A stretch of 64,000 nt of DNA from Mobula hypostoma (Eukaryota): assembly GCF_963921235.1 (NCBI RefSeq), contig NC_086097.1:201006001-201070000 (forward strand), read 5' to 3'. Positions 25,526 through 40,091 of the stretch are shown here, piece by piece. The notes under the pieces are model-generated. The model did not search any database, had not been told where the DNA came from, and saw nothing but the letters and a program-made list of their open reading frames with translations. How positions within the stretch are numbered: the first letter of the stretch is position 1; the number at the start of each line of letters is the position of its first letter. A program made the translations under genes and the position numbers.

Positions 25526-27145
25526 CAGTGGCATGCAAAAGTTTGGGCAACCCTGTCAAAATTTCTGTAACTGTGAATAGCTAAGCGAGTAAAAGATGAC
25601 CTGATTTCCAAAAGGTATAGTTAAAGATGACACATTTCTTTAATATTTTAAGCAAGATTACTTTTTTTATTTCCATCTTTTACTGTTTCAAAATAACAAA
25701 AAAGGAAAAGGGCCGGAAGCAAAAGTTTGGGCACCCTGCATGGTCGGTACTTAGTAACATCCCCTTTGGCAAGTATCACAGCTTATAAACACTTTCTGTA
25801 GCCAGCTAAGATTCTTTCACTTCTTGTTTGGGGGATTTTCGCCTATTCTTCCTTGCAAAAGGCTTCTAGCTCTGTGAGTTTCTTGGGCTGTCTTGCATGC
25901 ACTGTTCTTTTGAGGTCTATCCCCAGATTTTCGATGATGTTTAGGTCGGGGGACTGTGAGGGCCATGGCAAAAACTTCAGCTTGCGCCTCTTGAGATAGT
26001 CCAGTGTGGATTTTGAGGTGTGTTTAGGATCATTACCCTGTTGTAGAAGCCATCCTCTTCTCATCTTCAGCTTCTTTACAGACAGTGTGATGTTTGCTTC
26101 CAGAATTTGCTTGTATTTCAATGAATTCATTCTTCCCTCTACCAGTGAAATACTCCCCGTGCCACTGGCTGCAACACAAGCCCAAAGCATGACCGATCCA
26201 CCCCCCTGCTTAACAGTTGGAGAGGTGTTCTTTTCATGAAATTCTGCACCCTTTTTTCTGCAAACATACCTTTGCTCATTGCAGCCAAAAAGTTCTATTT
26301 TAACTTCATCAGTCCACAGGACTTGTTTCCAAACTGCATCAGGCTTGTTTAGGTGTTCCTTTGCAAACTTCTGATGCTGAATTTTGTGGTGAGGATACAG
26401 GAAAGGTTTTCTTCTGATGACTCTTCCATGAAGGTCATATTTATGCAGGTGTTGCTGCACAGTAGAACAGTTCACCCCCGCTCCAGAGTCTGCTAAATCT
26501 TCCTTTAGGCCCTCAGCAGTCAAACGGGGGTTTTGATTTGCCTATCTAGCAATCCTATGAGCAGTTCTCTTGAAAATTTTTCTTGGGCTTGCAGACCTCA
26601 ACTTGACCTCCACCATTCCTGTTAACTGCCATTTCTTAATTACATTACGGACTGAGGAAACGGCTACCTGAAAACGCTTTGCTATCTTCTTATAGCCTTC
26701 TCCTGCTTTGTGGGCATCATTTATTTTAATTTTCAGAGTGTTAGGCAGCTGATTAGAGGAGCCCATGGTTGCTGATTGTTGGACAAGGTTTGAGGAGTCA
26801 GGGTATTTATAAAGCTTTGAAATTTACAGCACCTGGCCTTTCATAACGATGATTGTGAACAAGCCATAGCCCTAACAATCTATTGAAGGTCTGAGACATT
26901 GGTAAAAATTATTTGAGAGCTCAAATCTCTTGTTGTGCCCAAACTTTTGCATGGTGCTCCTTTCCTTTTTTTCACTCTAAAATTGTACAAAACAAAAATA
27001 ATACACTAATCTTGCTTAAAATATTGAAAAGAATGTTTCATCTTTAACTTTATGACTTTTGGAGATCAGTTCATCTTCTACTCCCTGAACCATTCACAGC
27101 AACAGAAATTTTGACCAGCGGTGCCCAAACTTTTGCATGCCACTG
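25526..27145 (-). mobile_element. Full-length Tc1 transposon (IR/DR type), inactive
   Basis: TA TSD; TIR cagtggcatgcaaaagtttgggca; inner direct repeats at about 25720-25737 and 26935-26953 give inverted repeats of about 210 bp. Confidence 0.96.
25745..26766 (-). pseudogene. Tc1 DD34E transposase with in-frame stops
   Basis: ORFs 26542-26766 and 25843-26523 are in the same frame; HTH region, WTDE, QQGNDPKH (catalytic D changed to G), SPDLNIIEN. Confidence 0.93.
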
Positions 27146-28854
27146 TATGAACTATTATGAAGCTGAGGTGAATATTTAGACTTATGTTACAGATTTCATT
27201 GAATGGTGATTCAGGCCAGAGGGATATTCTTTAAATTACTTATTCATATTTATACTTTCATTACAAATCACCAAATATTTGATCTGTGATGCTGCATTCC
27301 TCTGAAAGTTATACCTATTGCCCTACACCCATCAGCCTGTCACTCAGTGATATGTGTGAAATAGACTGGTATTGAAGAGAATGCTTTTATGGAAAATATT
27401 CTCATTTGAATAAGCTTTTTAGATTTCTCTACCCTTCCCACATCAGCTTTTCACCTGACTGCATGTCATATTTAGATTTCTTTTCATACGTTTTATGAGT
27501 GATGTATCACTATGACTTCTTTTTGTGACAATGAGTATTTATAACTAATGATAAGTTTCTGTACCATGTCATATACTGTCTCTTAATTTTCAAAATTCCA
27601 ATGAAATTTGTGATTAAGGAAGAAAGGTATAAAAAATCTTTGAAAAATCACTATAACTTTAGAAAAATGTTTCTCATTATACAGGAATGATTGGAAACAT
27701 GATAATAACTTGCAAAAGGTGCTCTGCTTAATCCAGATCTTCTTAATATTTTCATTTGCTGCCGTTTAGTATGAGTAAAATACATCAGTGAGAAGGGGCA
27801 TCAAATAATCAATATGTCTGAGTCAGCTCTTGCTGTTTTCTGTTGTATGAAAGTTTTGTCAGGATATGATGAACCACACTGCATTAGCTGTACAGTGTGT
27901 ATACGTGTCTCTGACACTTGCTTTATGATTACTGTCTATATTGAAACACTTTATATCCAAAGCAGTTTTATAATTGGAAGTCTAAAAGTGACTGAAGCTG
28001 GGCTTCTATGTACAGTATATTTGTGTTCCATTTGACACATCATTACTGCCTATAATGCCAGTTTATGTCTGAGTTCAGTGGACAGATATGTGTGCAAAAT
28101 CACTTATTTCTGTACTTCAACTGATTAGTTCCTGCATTTCTTTATAAATGATATGTTATCCAAGGGCATACTGTTCATCTGGCCCAGGGTTGGAATATCA
28201 TTATGAAGACATTATGCAAGCTGACAAGATGTATGACCATGAGGACTTCTTGTAACTGGCCTCACATAACAGGGGTGATCAGTCAGTGAAAGTCGTCATG
28301 ACTCATGGAGAGTTCTGGAATTGCGCGTGATGTCCAGACTGCCATAAGGCCATGGCCTATAACCAGTAGGACTTATGAGGGGGTTTGCATTCTATACAAA
28401 TCCCTGTGGCCAGCTACCTAATACTTTCCAATCAGGGGCATGGAGATGAATTACTTATTCATTAGGCTATGAAATGTCCCAAATGGGAAAATACCAGCCA
28501 CCTTATAAATCCAGAGGCAGCCAATCATAGAAAAGCTACTGACAAGCTATCAGCCAATGCCCTTTCTCTGAAGAAGAATCCAGTCTGTCCCATTCACCTT
28601 TACCTATCCCATGTTCCTTCAGATTGTTTTCCTTTTTACCATAAATGGGAATGATTGTTTCCACCATCCTTGCAGGCAGAGAGCTTCAGATCAGAACCAC
28701 TTGCTGCATTAAAAAGATTATTTTCATATCCCCTCCACATGTCTCCTAGAACTATCTGCTGATGGGAACAAGTTTCTCCGGCTACTTCATCTAAACCTGT
28801 CTCCTCCCAAATGTTTTTGCTGCAATGAAAAAACTACACCTTACCCAAAAAAGT

Positions 28855-30315
28855 ATAAAGTAAAAAGCAAATTTATTATCAAAGTGCATACATGTCACCA
28901 TATACAATGCTGAGATTTGTTTTCTTGCCGCCATACTCAGTAAATCTAATAAACACAATAGAATTGATGAAAAACCCCACCCAACAGGACGGACAAACAA
29001 TCAATGTGCAACAGACATCAAATAGTGCATACACAAAAGAAAAAAAAAGAAATAATAATAATACATAAATATCGAGAACACGAGGCGAAGAGTCCTTGAA
29101 AGTGAGTCCATAGGTTATGGAAACTGTTCAGCGATGGGGTGAGTGAAGTTGAGTGAAGTTATCCTCACTGGTTCAAAAGCCTGATGGTTGAGGGTAATAA
29201 CTGTTTCTGAGCCTGATGCGTCCTAAGGCTCCTGTACCATCTTCATGATGGCAGCAGCAAGAAGCGAGTATGGTGGGGATCCTTCATGATGAATGCTGTT
29301 TTCCTGCAACAGCAATCCATATAGATGTGTTCAATGGTGGAAAGGGCTTTGCCTATGATGAACTGGGCCATATCTATTAATTTTTGTAGGGTATTCCATT
29401 CAAGGGCATTGGTGTTTCTATACCAGGCTGTGAAGCAATCAGTCAATATACTCTCCAACACATATCTATAGAAGTTTGTCAGAACTTTTAAATGTCATAC
29501 CGAATCTTTGCAAACTCGGAAGAAGTGCTGCTGTGCTTTCTTCAAAATTGCACTTATGTGCTGGGTCCAAGGCAGATCCCCTGAAATGGTAACACCTAGA
29601 AATTTAAAGTAGCTAACCTTCTCCACCTCTGACCCCGATGAGGACTGGTTCATTGACCTTCGGTTTCATCTTCCTGAAGTCAATAACCAGCTCCTTGTTC
29701 TTGCTGGCATTGAGTAACAGACTGTTGTGGCATCACTTAGCAAGATTTTCAATCTCCCTTGCTATATTATGATTCCTCCCACCTTTGGTTCAGCCTATGA
29801 CAGTGGTGGTGTCTGCAAACTTAAATATGACATTGGAGGTGTGCTTAGCCACACAGTCAAAAGTATAAAGCAAGTAGAGTAGGAGGCTAAGCACACAGCC
29901 TTGTGGTGTACCTGTGCTGATGGAGATTGTGGCAGAGATGTGTTGCCAATCCAAACTGACTGGGGTCTGCAAGTGAGTAAATCAAGAATCCAATTGAACA
30001 AGGAAATATTGAGGCTAAAGTCTTGAAGGTTCTTGATTAGTTTTGAGGGGATGATAGTATTGAATGCCAAACTGTAGCTGATAAAGAGCATTCTGATGTA
30101 TGCATGATTGCTGTTCAGATGTTCCAGGGTTGAGTGAACAGCCAATGAGATGGCATCTGCTGTGGACCTCTTGCGACGATCGGCAAATTGGAGCTGATCC
30201 AAGTCGCTTCACAGGCAGCAGTTGATATGTTTCATCATCAACCTCTCAAAGCATTTCATCAGAGGAGATGCACATGCTACTGGACGATAGTCATTGAGTC
30301 TTGTTACCATGTTCT
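28855..30315 (-). mobile_element. Rex1/Babar LINE, degenerate
   Basis: QFADRRKRSTADAIS, GTPQGCVLS, KFADTT, SILTDCFTAWY; tail near 28855-28880. Confidence 0.88.
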
Positions 30316-33300
30316 TATGACCATAAGACCATAAGATGTAAGAGCAGAATTAGGCCATTCAACTCATCTGCAATTGAAGAAACCAAGGAAACCTGCTCAG
30401 TCATTCCATCATGGCTGATCCTGGATCTCACTCAATCCCCTTCTCACCATGTCCGTTGATGACCTAACCAATCAGGAAACTATCAACTTCCACCTTAAAT
30501 ATACGCACGGACTGGGCCTACACCACATTCCGTGGCACAACATTCCACAGATTTACTACTCTCTGGCTAAAAAAAACCTCCTTACCTCTGTTCTGAAAGG
30601 TCGCCCCTCAATTTTAAGGCTGTGCCCTCTAGTTCTGGATGCCCCTACAAAAGGAGACATTCTCTCCACATCCATCCTCTCTGGTCCATTCAACATTGGA
30701 TAGGTTTCAATGAGATCCCCTTGCACACTACTAAATTCCAGTGGATACAGGCCCAAAGCTGCCAAACACTCCTCATATGTTAAATGCTTCATTCCTGGAA
30801 TCATCCTCATAAACTTCCTCTGGACTCTCCAACGACAACACATCCTTTCTGAGATATGCAGGCCAAAATAGCTGACAATACTCCAAGTGTGACCTGACTA
30901 TTATCTTATAAAGCCTGAGCATTATCTCCTTGCTTTTACATTTTATTGCCCTTTGAAATAAATGCTGACATTGCATTTGCATTCTTTACCACAGACTCTA
31001 CCTGTAAATTAACCTTCTTGGAGTCTTTCACAAGGACTCCTAAGCCCCTCTGCATCTCTGATGTTTGAACCTTCTCCCTAATTAGATAATAGTCCACACT
31101 ATTGTTCCTTTTACCAAAATGCATTATCATACGTTTCCTAACACTGTGTTCCATCTGCCACCTTTTTGCCCATTCTTCCAACTTGTCTACGTCCTACTGC
31201 AATCGCATTGTTCCTCAGCACTACCTACCCCTCCACCTATCTTCGTATCATCTGCAGACTTTTCCACAAAGCCATTAATTCCACTATTCAAATCACTGAC
31301 AAACAATGTAAAAAGTAGTGGTCTCAATACTGACCCCTGAGGAACACCACTAGTCACTGGCAGCCAACCAGAAAAGGCCTCTTTTATTCCCACTCTCTGC
31401 CTCCTACCTGTCAGCCAATCGGCTATTCACGCCAGTATCTTTCCTGTAACACCATAGGATTTTATCTTGTCAAGCAGGCTCATGTGTGGCACCTTATCAA
31501 ACGCCTTCTGAAAGTCTAAGTAAATGACATCCACTACCTCTCCTTTCTCCACCCTACTTGATATTTCCTCGAAGAACTCTAACAGATTTGTCAGGCAAGA
31601 TTTCTCTTTACAGAGACCATGCTGACTTTGACTTATTTTATCATTAGCCTCCAAGTACCTTGAAAACTCATCCTTAATAATAAACTCCAACACTTTCCCA
31701 ACCACTGAGGTTAGGCTAATTGACATATAATTAATTTCCTTTCTTTTCTTTCCTCCCTCCTTAAAGAGTGGAGTCCTCTGGGAACATGCTAGTCTCAAGT
31801 GATTCTTGAAAGATCATGACCAAAGCATCCATTCTCTCTTGAGCAAGCTCTCTCAAGACTCTGGGTCATAGTCCATCTGGCCCAGGTGACTTATCCACCT
31901 TAAACCTCTGAGTTTACCAAGTACTTTTTCCTTTGTAATACCAATTACACTCACTCCTGCACCCTGACACTCATGGACCTCTAGCACACTGTTAGTGTCT
32001 TCCACAGTGATTGGTACTCATTAAGTTCATCTGCCATTTCTTTGTCCCCCATTACTACCTCACCAGCATCATTTTCCAATGTTCAATACCAACTCTCACC
32101 TCTCTTTTACTCTTCATATAATTGAAAAAATCTTTTGGTATCCTGCTTTATATTATTGGCTAGTTGGCCCTCATATTTCATCTTTTCCCTTCTTATAGCC
32201 TTTTTAGCTACCTTTTGTTGGATTTTAAAAGCGCCCCAATCATCCAACCTCCCACTCATTTTGCTACTTTATATGCCCTTTCCTTGGCTTTTATGCATTC
32301 CTTGAATTCCTTTGTCAGCCATAGTTTCCCACCCCTGCCATTTGAGAACTCTTCTTCTGTGGGAGATATCTATCCTGTGCCTTGTGAACTATTCCTAGAA
32401 ACTTCAGCCTTCTCTGCTCTGCTGTCATCCCTGCCAGTATCCTCCTCCAATCCACCTGGGCAAGCTGCTCTCTCATGCTTCTGTAATTCCCTTTATTCCA
32501 TTGTGATACTGATACATCTGACTTGTGCTTCTCCCTCTCAAGTTGCATTATGAATTCTGACTACTGTCTATGGGTTCCTTTACGTTAAGCTCTGTGATAA
32601 GATCTGGGTTATTACACAGCACCCAATCTAAGATAGCCTTTCCCCAAGTAGGCTGAAGCTCAAGCACAAGCTGTTCTAACCAGCCATCTCAAAGGCATTC
32701 AACAAATTCCCCCTTTTGCGATCTGACACCAACTTGATTTTCCCAATCCCCTTGCATATTAGGAACAGAAACATGGAAAACCTACAGCACAATACAGGCC
32801 CTTCAGCTCACAAAGCTGTGCCATACACATCTTTGTCTTAGAAATTACCTAGGGTTACCCATAGCCCTCTATTTTTCTAAGCTCCATGTACCTCTCCAGG
32901 AGTCCCTTAAAAGACCCTATCGTATCCGCCTGCACCACCGTTACCGGCAGCCCATTCCATGCATTCACCACTCTCTGCATAAAAAACTTACCCTTGCCAT
33001 CTCCTCTGTACCTACTTCCAAGCACCTTAAAACTGTGCCCTCTTGTGCTAGCCATTTCAGACCTGGGAAAAAGCCTCTGACTATCCATATGATCAATGCC
33101 TCTCATCATCTCATACAGCTCTATCAGGTCACCTCTCACCCTCTGTCACTCCAAGGCCGAGTTCACTCAACCTATTCTCATGAGGCATGCTCACCAATCC
33201 AGGCAACATCCTTGTAAATCTCCTCTTCACCTTTTCTGTAGTTTCCACATCCTTCCTGTAGTGAGGCGACCAGAACTGAGCATAGTATTCCAAGTGGGGT

Positions 33301-33780
33301 CTGACCAGGGTCCTATACAGCTGCAACATTACCTTTCAGTTCCTAAACTCAATCCCACGATTTATGAAGATCAATACACCGTATGCCTTCTTAACCACAG
33401 AGTCAACCTCTGTAGCAGCTTTGAGTGTCCTAAGGACTTGGACCCCAAGATCCCTCTGATCCTCCACACTGCCATGAGTTTTACCATTAATACTACATTC
33501 TGCCATCATATTTGACCTACCAAAACGAACCACTTAACACTTATCTGGGTTGAACTCCATCTGCCACTTCTCAGCCCTTTGAAGTCCCTATTACCATTGT
33601 GTCATTACCATTATTATAGCCTTCTCCAGCTCCCTTTCCAATCTCAACCCTACATCTTGGCTATTATTTGGAGGCATACACATGATTCCTATAATGGTAT
33701 TTTTACCCTAGGAATTTCTTAACTCCACCCACAAAGATTCAACTTCTCTGACCCTGTGTCATCTCTTTCTAAAGATGTAC
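30316..33780 (-). mobile_element. CR1 LINE, interrupted by another CR1 at 32763-33577
   Basis: [28 protein letters not shown]; (cataagac)n tail at 30316; endonuclease-region sequence resumes after 33578. Confidence 0.88.
32763..33577 (-). mobile_element. CR1 LINE 3' fragment of a different subfamily, nested
   Basis: [23 protein letters not shown]; has its own distinct 3' UTR. Confidence 0.88.
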
Positions 33781-33871
33781 GTAGAACATAGAACATAAAA
33801 ATCTAACAGCACATTACAGGCCCTTCAGCCCACAATGTTTTGCTGACCATGTAACTTACTCTAGAAACTGC

Positions 33872-34386
33872 CGTTGGAGAGGGTGCAGAGAAGATTCACT
33901 GGAATGCTTCCGGGAATGAGAGGGTTAACATATGAGGACTGTTTGTCCGCTCTTGGACTGTATTCCTTGAAGTTTAGGAGAATGAGGGGAGACCACATAG
34001 AAACATTTTGAGTATTGAAAGGCATGGACAGAGTGGATGTGGCAAAGTTGTTTCTCATGATGGGGGAGTCTAGTATGAGAGGGCATGATTTAAGTATTGA
34101 AGGGCGCCCATTCAGAACAGAAATGCGAAAAAATTTTTTTTAGTCAGAGGGTGGTGAACCTATGGAACTTGTTGCCACGGGCAGCAGTGGAGGCCAAGTC
34201 ATTGGGTGTATTTAAGGCAGATATTGATAGGTATCTGAGTAGCCAGGGCGTCAAAGGTTATGGTGAGAAGGCAGGGGAGTGGGACTAAAAGGGAGAATGG
34301 ATCAGCTCATGATAAAATGGCAGAGCAGACTCAATGGGCCGAATGACCAACTTCTGCTCCTTTGTCTTATGGTCTTATGGTCTTAA
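33872..34386 (+). mobile_element. CR1 LINE 3' fragment
   Basis: FFSQRVVNLWNLLP; (cttatggt)n tail. Confidence 0.9.
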
Positions 34387-34389
34387 AAC

Positions 34390-35430
34390 GAGTATAAACA
34401 GCATTGAGCTCCTCTAGAAGCAAAGCCTTGTTGTCACCTATGTTGCTTGGTTTCACTTTGTAAGAGGTAATCCCTAATTGCCACTCCATCTGCACGATGG
34501 CTTCCCAGAAATTGTACCTGGACCTTTTATATCCTATTTAGTCATCAGACCTGCAATGCCACTGATCTGGCCCTCAGCAGATTGTACATCCAGGGCTTCT
34601 GGTTGGGTAAGACTGAATGATTTTGTGGGGACACACTCATCTATGCCATTTATAAAGTCTTTGATAACCATGGTGTATTCATCCAGATCCTCTCATGATT
34701 CCTTGAACACGGCCATGAACAGAACTCAAAGCAATCCTATTGCCACTGCTCTTTGTTGTCCTTATCTCTGGAACCTTGCTTTTTACCATCTGCTTGTATG
34801 CAGGTGGAAGGACAGCCAAGTGATCAGATTTCCCGAATTTCTGGGTATCAACATCTCAGATCTGTCGTTGGCCCAACACATTAATAGAACCATAGAACCA
34901 TAAGACAAGCCAACTGCTCTACCTCTTTAGGAGTCTGGAGAAGTTTGGTATAGCACCAAAGATTCTTACACATTCTTATAGATGTATATTGGAGAGCATT
35001 CTGATCAGTTGCATCACAGTCTGGTATGGAGGTTCCAATGCTCAGGATCATATGAGGCTCAGCCAGCTCCATCGCTGTCACAAACCTCACCATCATTGAG
35101 GACATCTTCCACAGGTGGTGACTAAAGAAGGCCGAATCTATTATTAAGGACTCTCACTATCTGGCTCACGGCCTTTTCTCATTACTACCATCACGGAGGA
35201 GGTACAGGAGTTCTGAAGACCAACATGTAATGATTCAGAAACTGCTTTTCCCCCTCCACTATTAGATTTCTGAGTAGCCCATGAACCCATGAATACTACC
35301 TTATTATTCTTTCCTTTTGCATTATTTTTTATTTAGTAATTTAATATAATTTTGTTACTTTGTACTTTACTGCTGCTGCGGAGGTACAATACAAAGACAG
35401 TAATAATAAATTAGATTCTGTTTCTAATTC
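34390..35430. mobile_element. Degenerate Rex1/Babar fragments (minus about 34390-34810, plus about 34820-35430)
   Basis: [24 protein letters not shown]; tail aataaattagattctg. Confidence 0.7.
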
Positions 35431-37349
35431 TTATTCTGGTGATTTTTTTTTCTGAGCCCAGCTTCACATTAATCCTAAAGTATGGAGATAGAACTGGATG
35501 CAATACTCCGGAAGGGCATTACTCCCGTGTTTTATAAATATTCAACTGATACTTTCTGTTTTTGTATTTTAAGTCTCTCTTTGGAGACTCTGATTCTCCC
35601 AACATGATCTGCCATGATCAAAGACTTACTCTGATACAGTATATCCAGGTATTCTTGCTACTGCACACATATTAGAATTGCATAATGTATTTTATATTCA
35701 GTATGAGAGTAACATTCACCTCTACAGGTAGTGCAATTGAAGAATATGTAAACATTGGAACTCTCCCTGCCTGCCGGGAGGTGATAGAGTTCCATTGCCA
35801 ATGTCTTGGAAAATTGTTAGCCATCTTCTCCTTGAATAAGTTGAAGTAAGAGTGTGTTGGCCATAATCTCTTTATGGTCAAGTTCTTGCCCTGGATTTTT
35901 CTTTTTCACCTCAGTTCCTCACAGGGAAGGTCTTCATTTTGACCTGTCTCTTCCTGTTCCTGTTTATAATGGAGGCCCAAAAGGAATGTTATTAAGACAA
36001 ATGGCAATCCTTTTCCTTAGATATCAGCAGATGTTGCTCTATGAATTATGTCAGAGATATTCCTCAACAAGCCAGCAAGCAATTAATGACTTTCTTAACA
36101 AAACATGGATGAAGACAGGTTCCTGTTTTTGTCCACAGTGAATGTTATTGCAGTTATGTGAATCAACTTGACTGGATGGTTGAAGGGTATACTGGTGGGG
36201 TTGTCAATTAGGCATTACACAAGGATAGAGATGATTTCTGTATATTCTCTGTGCTATGCATATATGTATATTACATACAAAACTATATACTGTAAGTAGA
36301 AGCCTTTTTGATGCTAGTTACTTAAAAGTTGAGACTTATGTTTTATGATCAATATTATGCTACCCAATCAATTACATGAGACAAAAACTTACATTATGCA
36401 ATTGAAATATGAAGCCTTTTTATATTTTGGCTCTAAATATGTTACTGTAAATTAATGTGACCTCTATTGTATTGTGAGTATTTTTCCTTGACAATCATTT
36501 ATTGTACGAATGCTAATTAATCATGTTTCGTTATGCAATACAGGATCTAAACCTATCTGTTTTCTGTTGGTTCCATGAAAGATTGCTTAAAAAAATCATG
36601 AAAGGAACTGCAAACTACTTCTGTCAATTTGTTGACGGGTCCTTAAGAAGATTAATGTCTTCACAATTAAAGTATCACCTCTGTTTCAGGCTTATGACTG
36701 TGATTAGGGGTGGATGGATATGAAGTGGGTGGGTGCTTTATGGGGGGGGGGAAGGTGCTAGTGACTGGGCCCCACCCAGTTGTTAACTCTTATCACCAAT
36801 CTTTGTTAATCATAATTCCCGATCTTCCAATCGAGATAACTGATCACTGCTTTCTTTATTTCATCACAGGAGTTCACGAGAATATTTCATTTTCATTCCG
36901 TTTATCGGATTCTCCTCTCTTGCACTCTTACATTCTTTGTCCTCTTTAAGCATCGTATTTAGTTCCTAAATTTAGTTACCATATAACCTCGTCTCTGCAC
37001 TGGCAATTAGATCAACCACATTCATCTTTATTTGTGTCAAAAATGTGTCTATCTTGCATCATGCATTTAGATGGAGTGCTTTTAATTTCAACTTTTTATC
37101 ATTTTTGCCTGATTTGACCTTATTCACTGATGTACCACTATTACATTAAACTTACTTTTCGTTTCTGTCACTTTCTTTTTATGATTTTTAAATTGCTATT
37201 TTTCCTTATGACTTTGATATTTTTCTTTTTAATTTTATAGCTTTACATTTTACCTAAAAGAGAATGGAGTCCTCTTGTACCACATTCATTGCTCCATTCA
37301 CCCCACATTGTCATTCTTCTTAGTTAATATATATTTTTTAAAAATCTGA

Positions 37350-37505
37350 CTTCTGTGCTGGTGTTGTTGAATGTCATCAACTCAAGACGATCTTATGGGT
37401 AGTGTAGTTATCCATAGGGTTGCTAGGCCTTTCTTCTGCACAGATATTGCTGCTGTCCAGGTTGGGACCCAGCTGGATTTGAAATCCGGTGCTGATGCCA
37501 CTACA
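37350..37505 (-). mobile_element. tRNA-derived SINE (degenerate)
   Basis: Minus strand begins gtagtggcatcagcaccgga..ttcaaatccagc, resembling Pol III A and B boxes. Confidence 0.5.
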
Positions 37506-38379
37506 ACTTCTGTTCTACTTTTTTCTAATTAGTTTTAACATGGTTTAGAATAACAAGCATAATTCTAAGGTGAGCATTTAGCAAAATGAGAAATCCAATT
37601 GCATCACGTTTATAAAACTTTGAAGATTAACGTTTTTCATTTGAACTCCAGTATGAACCCCTTCCAATAGGTACACGTTTCCATAAACCCATGATTACTC
37701 CTTCTGACCATTCAGTTTGGACAGAGGCACAAGAGACTGCAGACATTGGGCTCTAGAGCACAATGTACTAATGCAGGGTCTCATCCTGAAAGGTTGACTA
37801 TCCCTTTGCCTTTACAGCTGCAACATTCCAGCAGTTTTTAAACATTCAAACTTGATGTTTTGTGATCTATTTTTCAGGGTATTATTTTCTATTTTGCATA
37901 TAAAGGAATCATAGATCCTTGAGCAGAAGTATCTCTTTCAGCCTATCCTGTCCACAGCAGTTCAGGAAGATCAACCAAGACTGGTTCCAATATCAACTCT
38001 CTGAAGTTCCTCTGCTGGCCTGCACTCCTCAGTATATTATTCTCTTTCCCCCCTCTCATGCTCTCTCTCCTTTTTGTGACATCCTATTCTTGATCATTCC
38101 AGTGTTATCTGAGCTTGCTTTGAATTCCTACTTCCTATTGTTTCCATGTCACTTATCTTTGCAAATTCCTCAATACTCTCTCTTTCATAATGTTAAAATT
38201 GATGATTTCAATTATCTCACAATATAGCACTGAAAGGACTTGCCTCCATTGCCTTCCCCTTTATGTAAAGCAATAAACAATTTTTTTTTGTAAAAGCATA
38301 CATCCTTTTACTGTACACATGATTACATGGTTTTATCTTTAAGGCTGGATATCAAAGTCAGTAATGGAAGGATTGATAA

Positions 38380-39220
38380 GAATGCTGTTCCTGTTTGAGG
38401 TAGCCCCGCTGGATCACGACTTCTATGTGGTTCTGTCACAGCAGCTTGAATTGTTCCGTGCTCCTTCTCTATTTTGAGTTGCCGAAGGCCAAGGATTTCC
38501 AGGAGTTGGTGAGAATTAACATTTTTCAAGGAGACTTTGAGAACATCTTTGAACTGATCTTTCTGTCCTGTGGGGGAGGTATGCTGACAAGGAGGAGCAT
38601 CCACTAGAGATGTCTGAGCATGTTCTTGTCTTCTGGTAGCCAGGAGGTGGATGTTATCAATGTTGTCCATCTTGCAAATGGATTTATAGGATTTAACAGA
38701 AGTAGTATCATTGGTACTTCTGCATTGCTTTGTGGTGCCCCCTGTAGGTTGTCCATGCTTTCAAAGGCTGGAATCACTGCAACTTGATAGGAAGAGAGTC
38801 TGCTGCTGGGCTTGTGAATTATTTTCAAACAAACATTCTTTTCCTCAGTAGATCAAATATTGTGCTTGGCTGTGGTAGTGAATTTCATCATTAAGGTCTA
38901 CTTTGCTGAGAGGTGTATGGAAAGTGATGCATATTTTGTCTTCTGATGTTGTGGAGGGAGGGAGGATTGGAAGATGACTTCATGGTAGAGAGCAGGGGAA
39001 CCTTTCTGGCAATCTCCTTTCTTGAAATTGGACATGATTAGGCCATCTCTATAATGTCCTAGCATGCTTTTCTTTGAGATTTGAGGTCTTGAATTAACCA
39101 CATCATCTTAGTTCTTCTTCACTTCTTCAGTTGAGAACTTGCTTTCTGCATCTTCAGGACACTTTCTCCCATTATTTGTACTTTGGTACATGATATTTTT
39201 GTTGAATTTTGTCCTCCAGG
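38380..39220 (-). mobile_element. Very degenerate RTE-like LINE fragment
   Basis: GQKDQFKDVLKVSLK and VVIPA-like motifs typical of the RTE ORF C-terminus. Confidence 0.5.
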
Positions 39221-39339
39221 TGCTGTAGCTCTTAGACATGATTGTATTTCTGCTCACAGAACATCATGGGATTATAATTAATTAGCTTCTGATCTCCTGG
39301 TTCTGATAAAACCAGCCTATCTGCTTTCTGAGAGAAGAC

Positions 39340-40070
39340 AAGAAGTTTTTTTGTGAAGAACCTTTCCATGATGTCCTTGTCCATTTGCCCCTTCCCAATA
39401 ATCTCCTTCCTGGCACATGTACTTACGAGCAACAGAAATGTCCATTCACCTCCATCCTTACCTTGATTCAGAGTCCCAAACAGTCCTTCCAAGTGAGGCA
39501 ACACTTCACCTGCAAATCTGTTAGGGGTAGTCTATAGTATCCAGAGTCCCCGATGCTGCCTCCTCTACTTTGGTGAGGCTCAACATAAATGGGACAACCA
39601 CTTTGTTAAGCACTCTGCTCCATCTGCCCTACCACTTTAATTCTTATCCCCATTTCCGTTCCGATATATCAATCCATGGCCATGATGAGGCCACTCTCAG
39701 GTGGTACAGCAACCCCTCAACCTGATGGCATGACATTCATTGTTCGATCTGGCATATTTCCCCTCACCCTTCCCCCTTCTTCTATTCCCCCACTCTAGCC
39801 TCTTACCTCTTCTCCTCACCTGCCTATCACCTGGTGGTCGTCCTTCTTCCTTTTCTCCCATGGTCTACTCTCCTCTACTATCAGAATCCTTCTTCTTCAG
39901 TCATTTATCTTTTCCACCCACCAGACTTCAGCTATCACTTGCTGGCAAGTCCTCCTTCCCCACCCCGAACTTTTCATTCAGTCATCTTTCCCCCTTCCTT
40001 TCAAGTTCTCTTGAAAGGTCGCAGACCTAAACGTTGACTGTTTATTCATTTCCATAGGTGCTGCCTTGAG
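39340..40070 (+). mobile_element. Older degenerate Penelope element
   Basis: Similar to 53100-54040 (ccaaacagtccttccaagtgaggcaacacttcacctg); degenerate hammerhead region near 40010-40040. Confidence 0.8.
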
Positions 40071-40091
40071 TTCCCAAAAATTGCCCAAAAA

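Noticed and set aside
35854..36141. 95-aa ORF in unique DNA
   Set aside because: Non-ATG start, no motifs and no coherent splice structure
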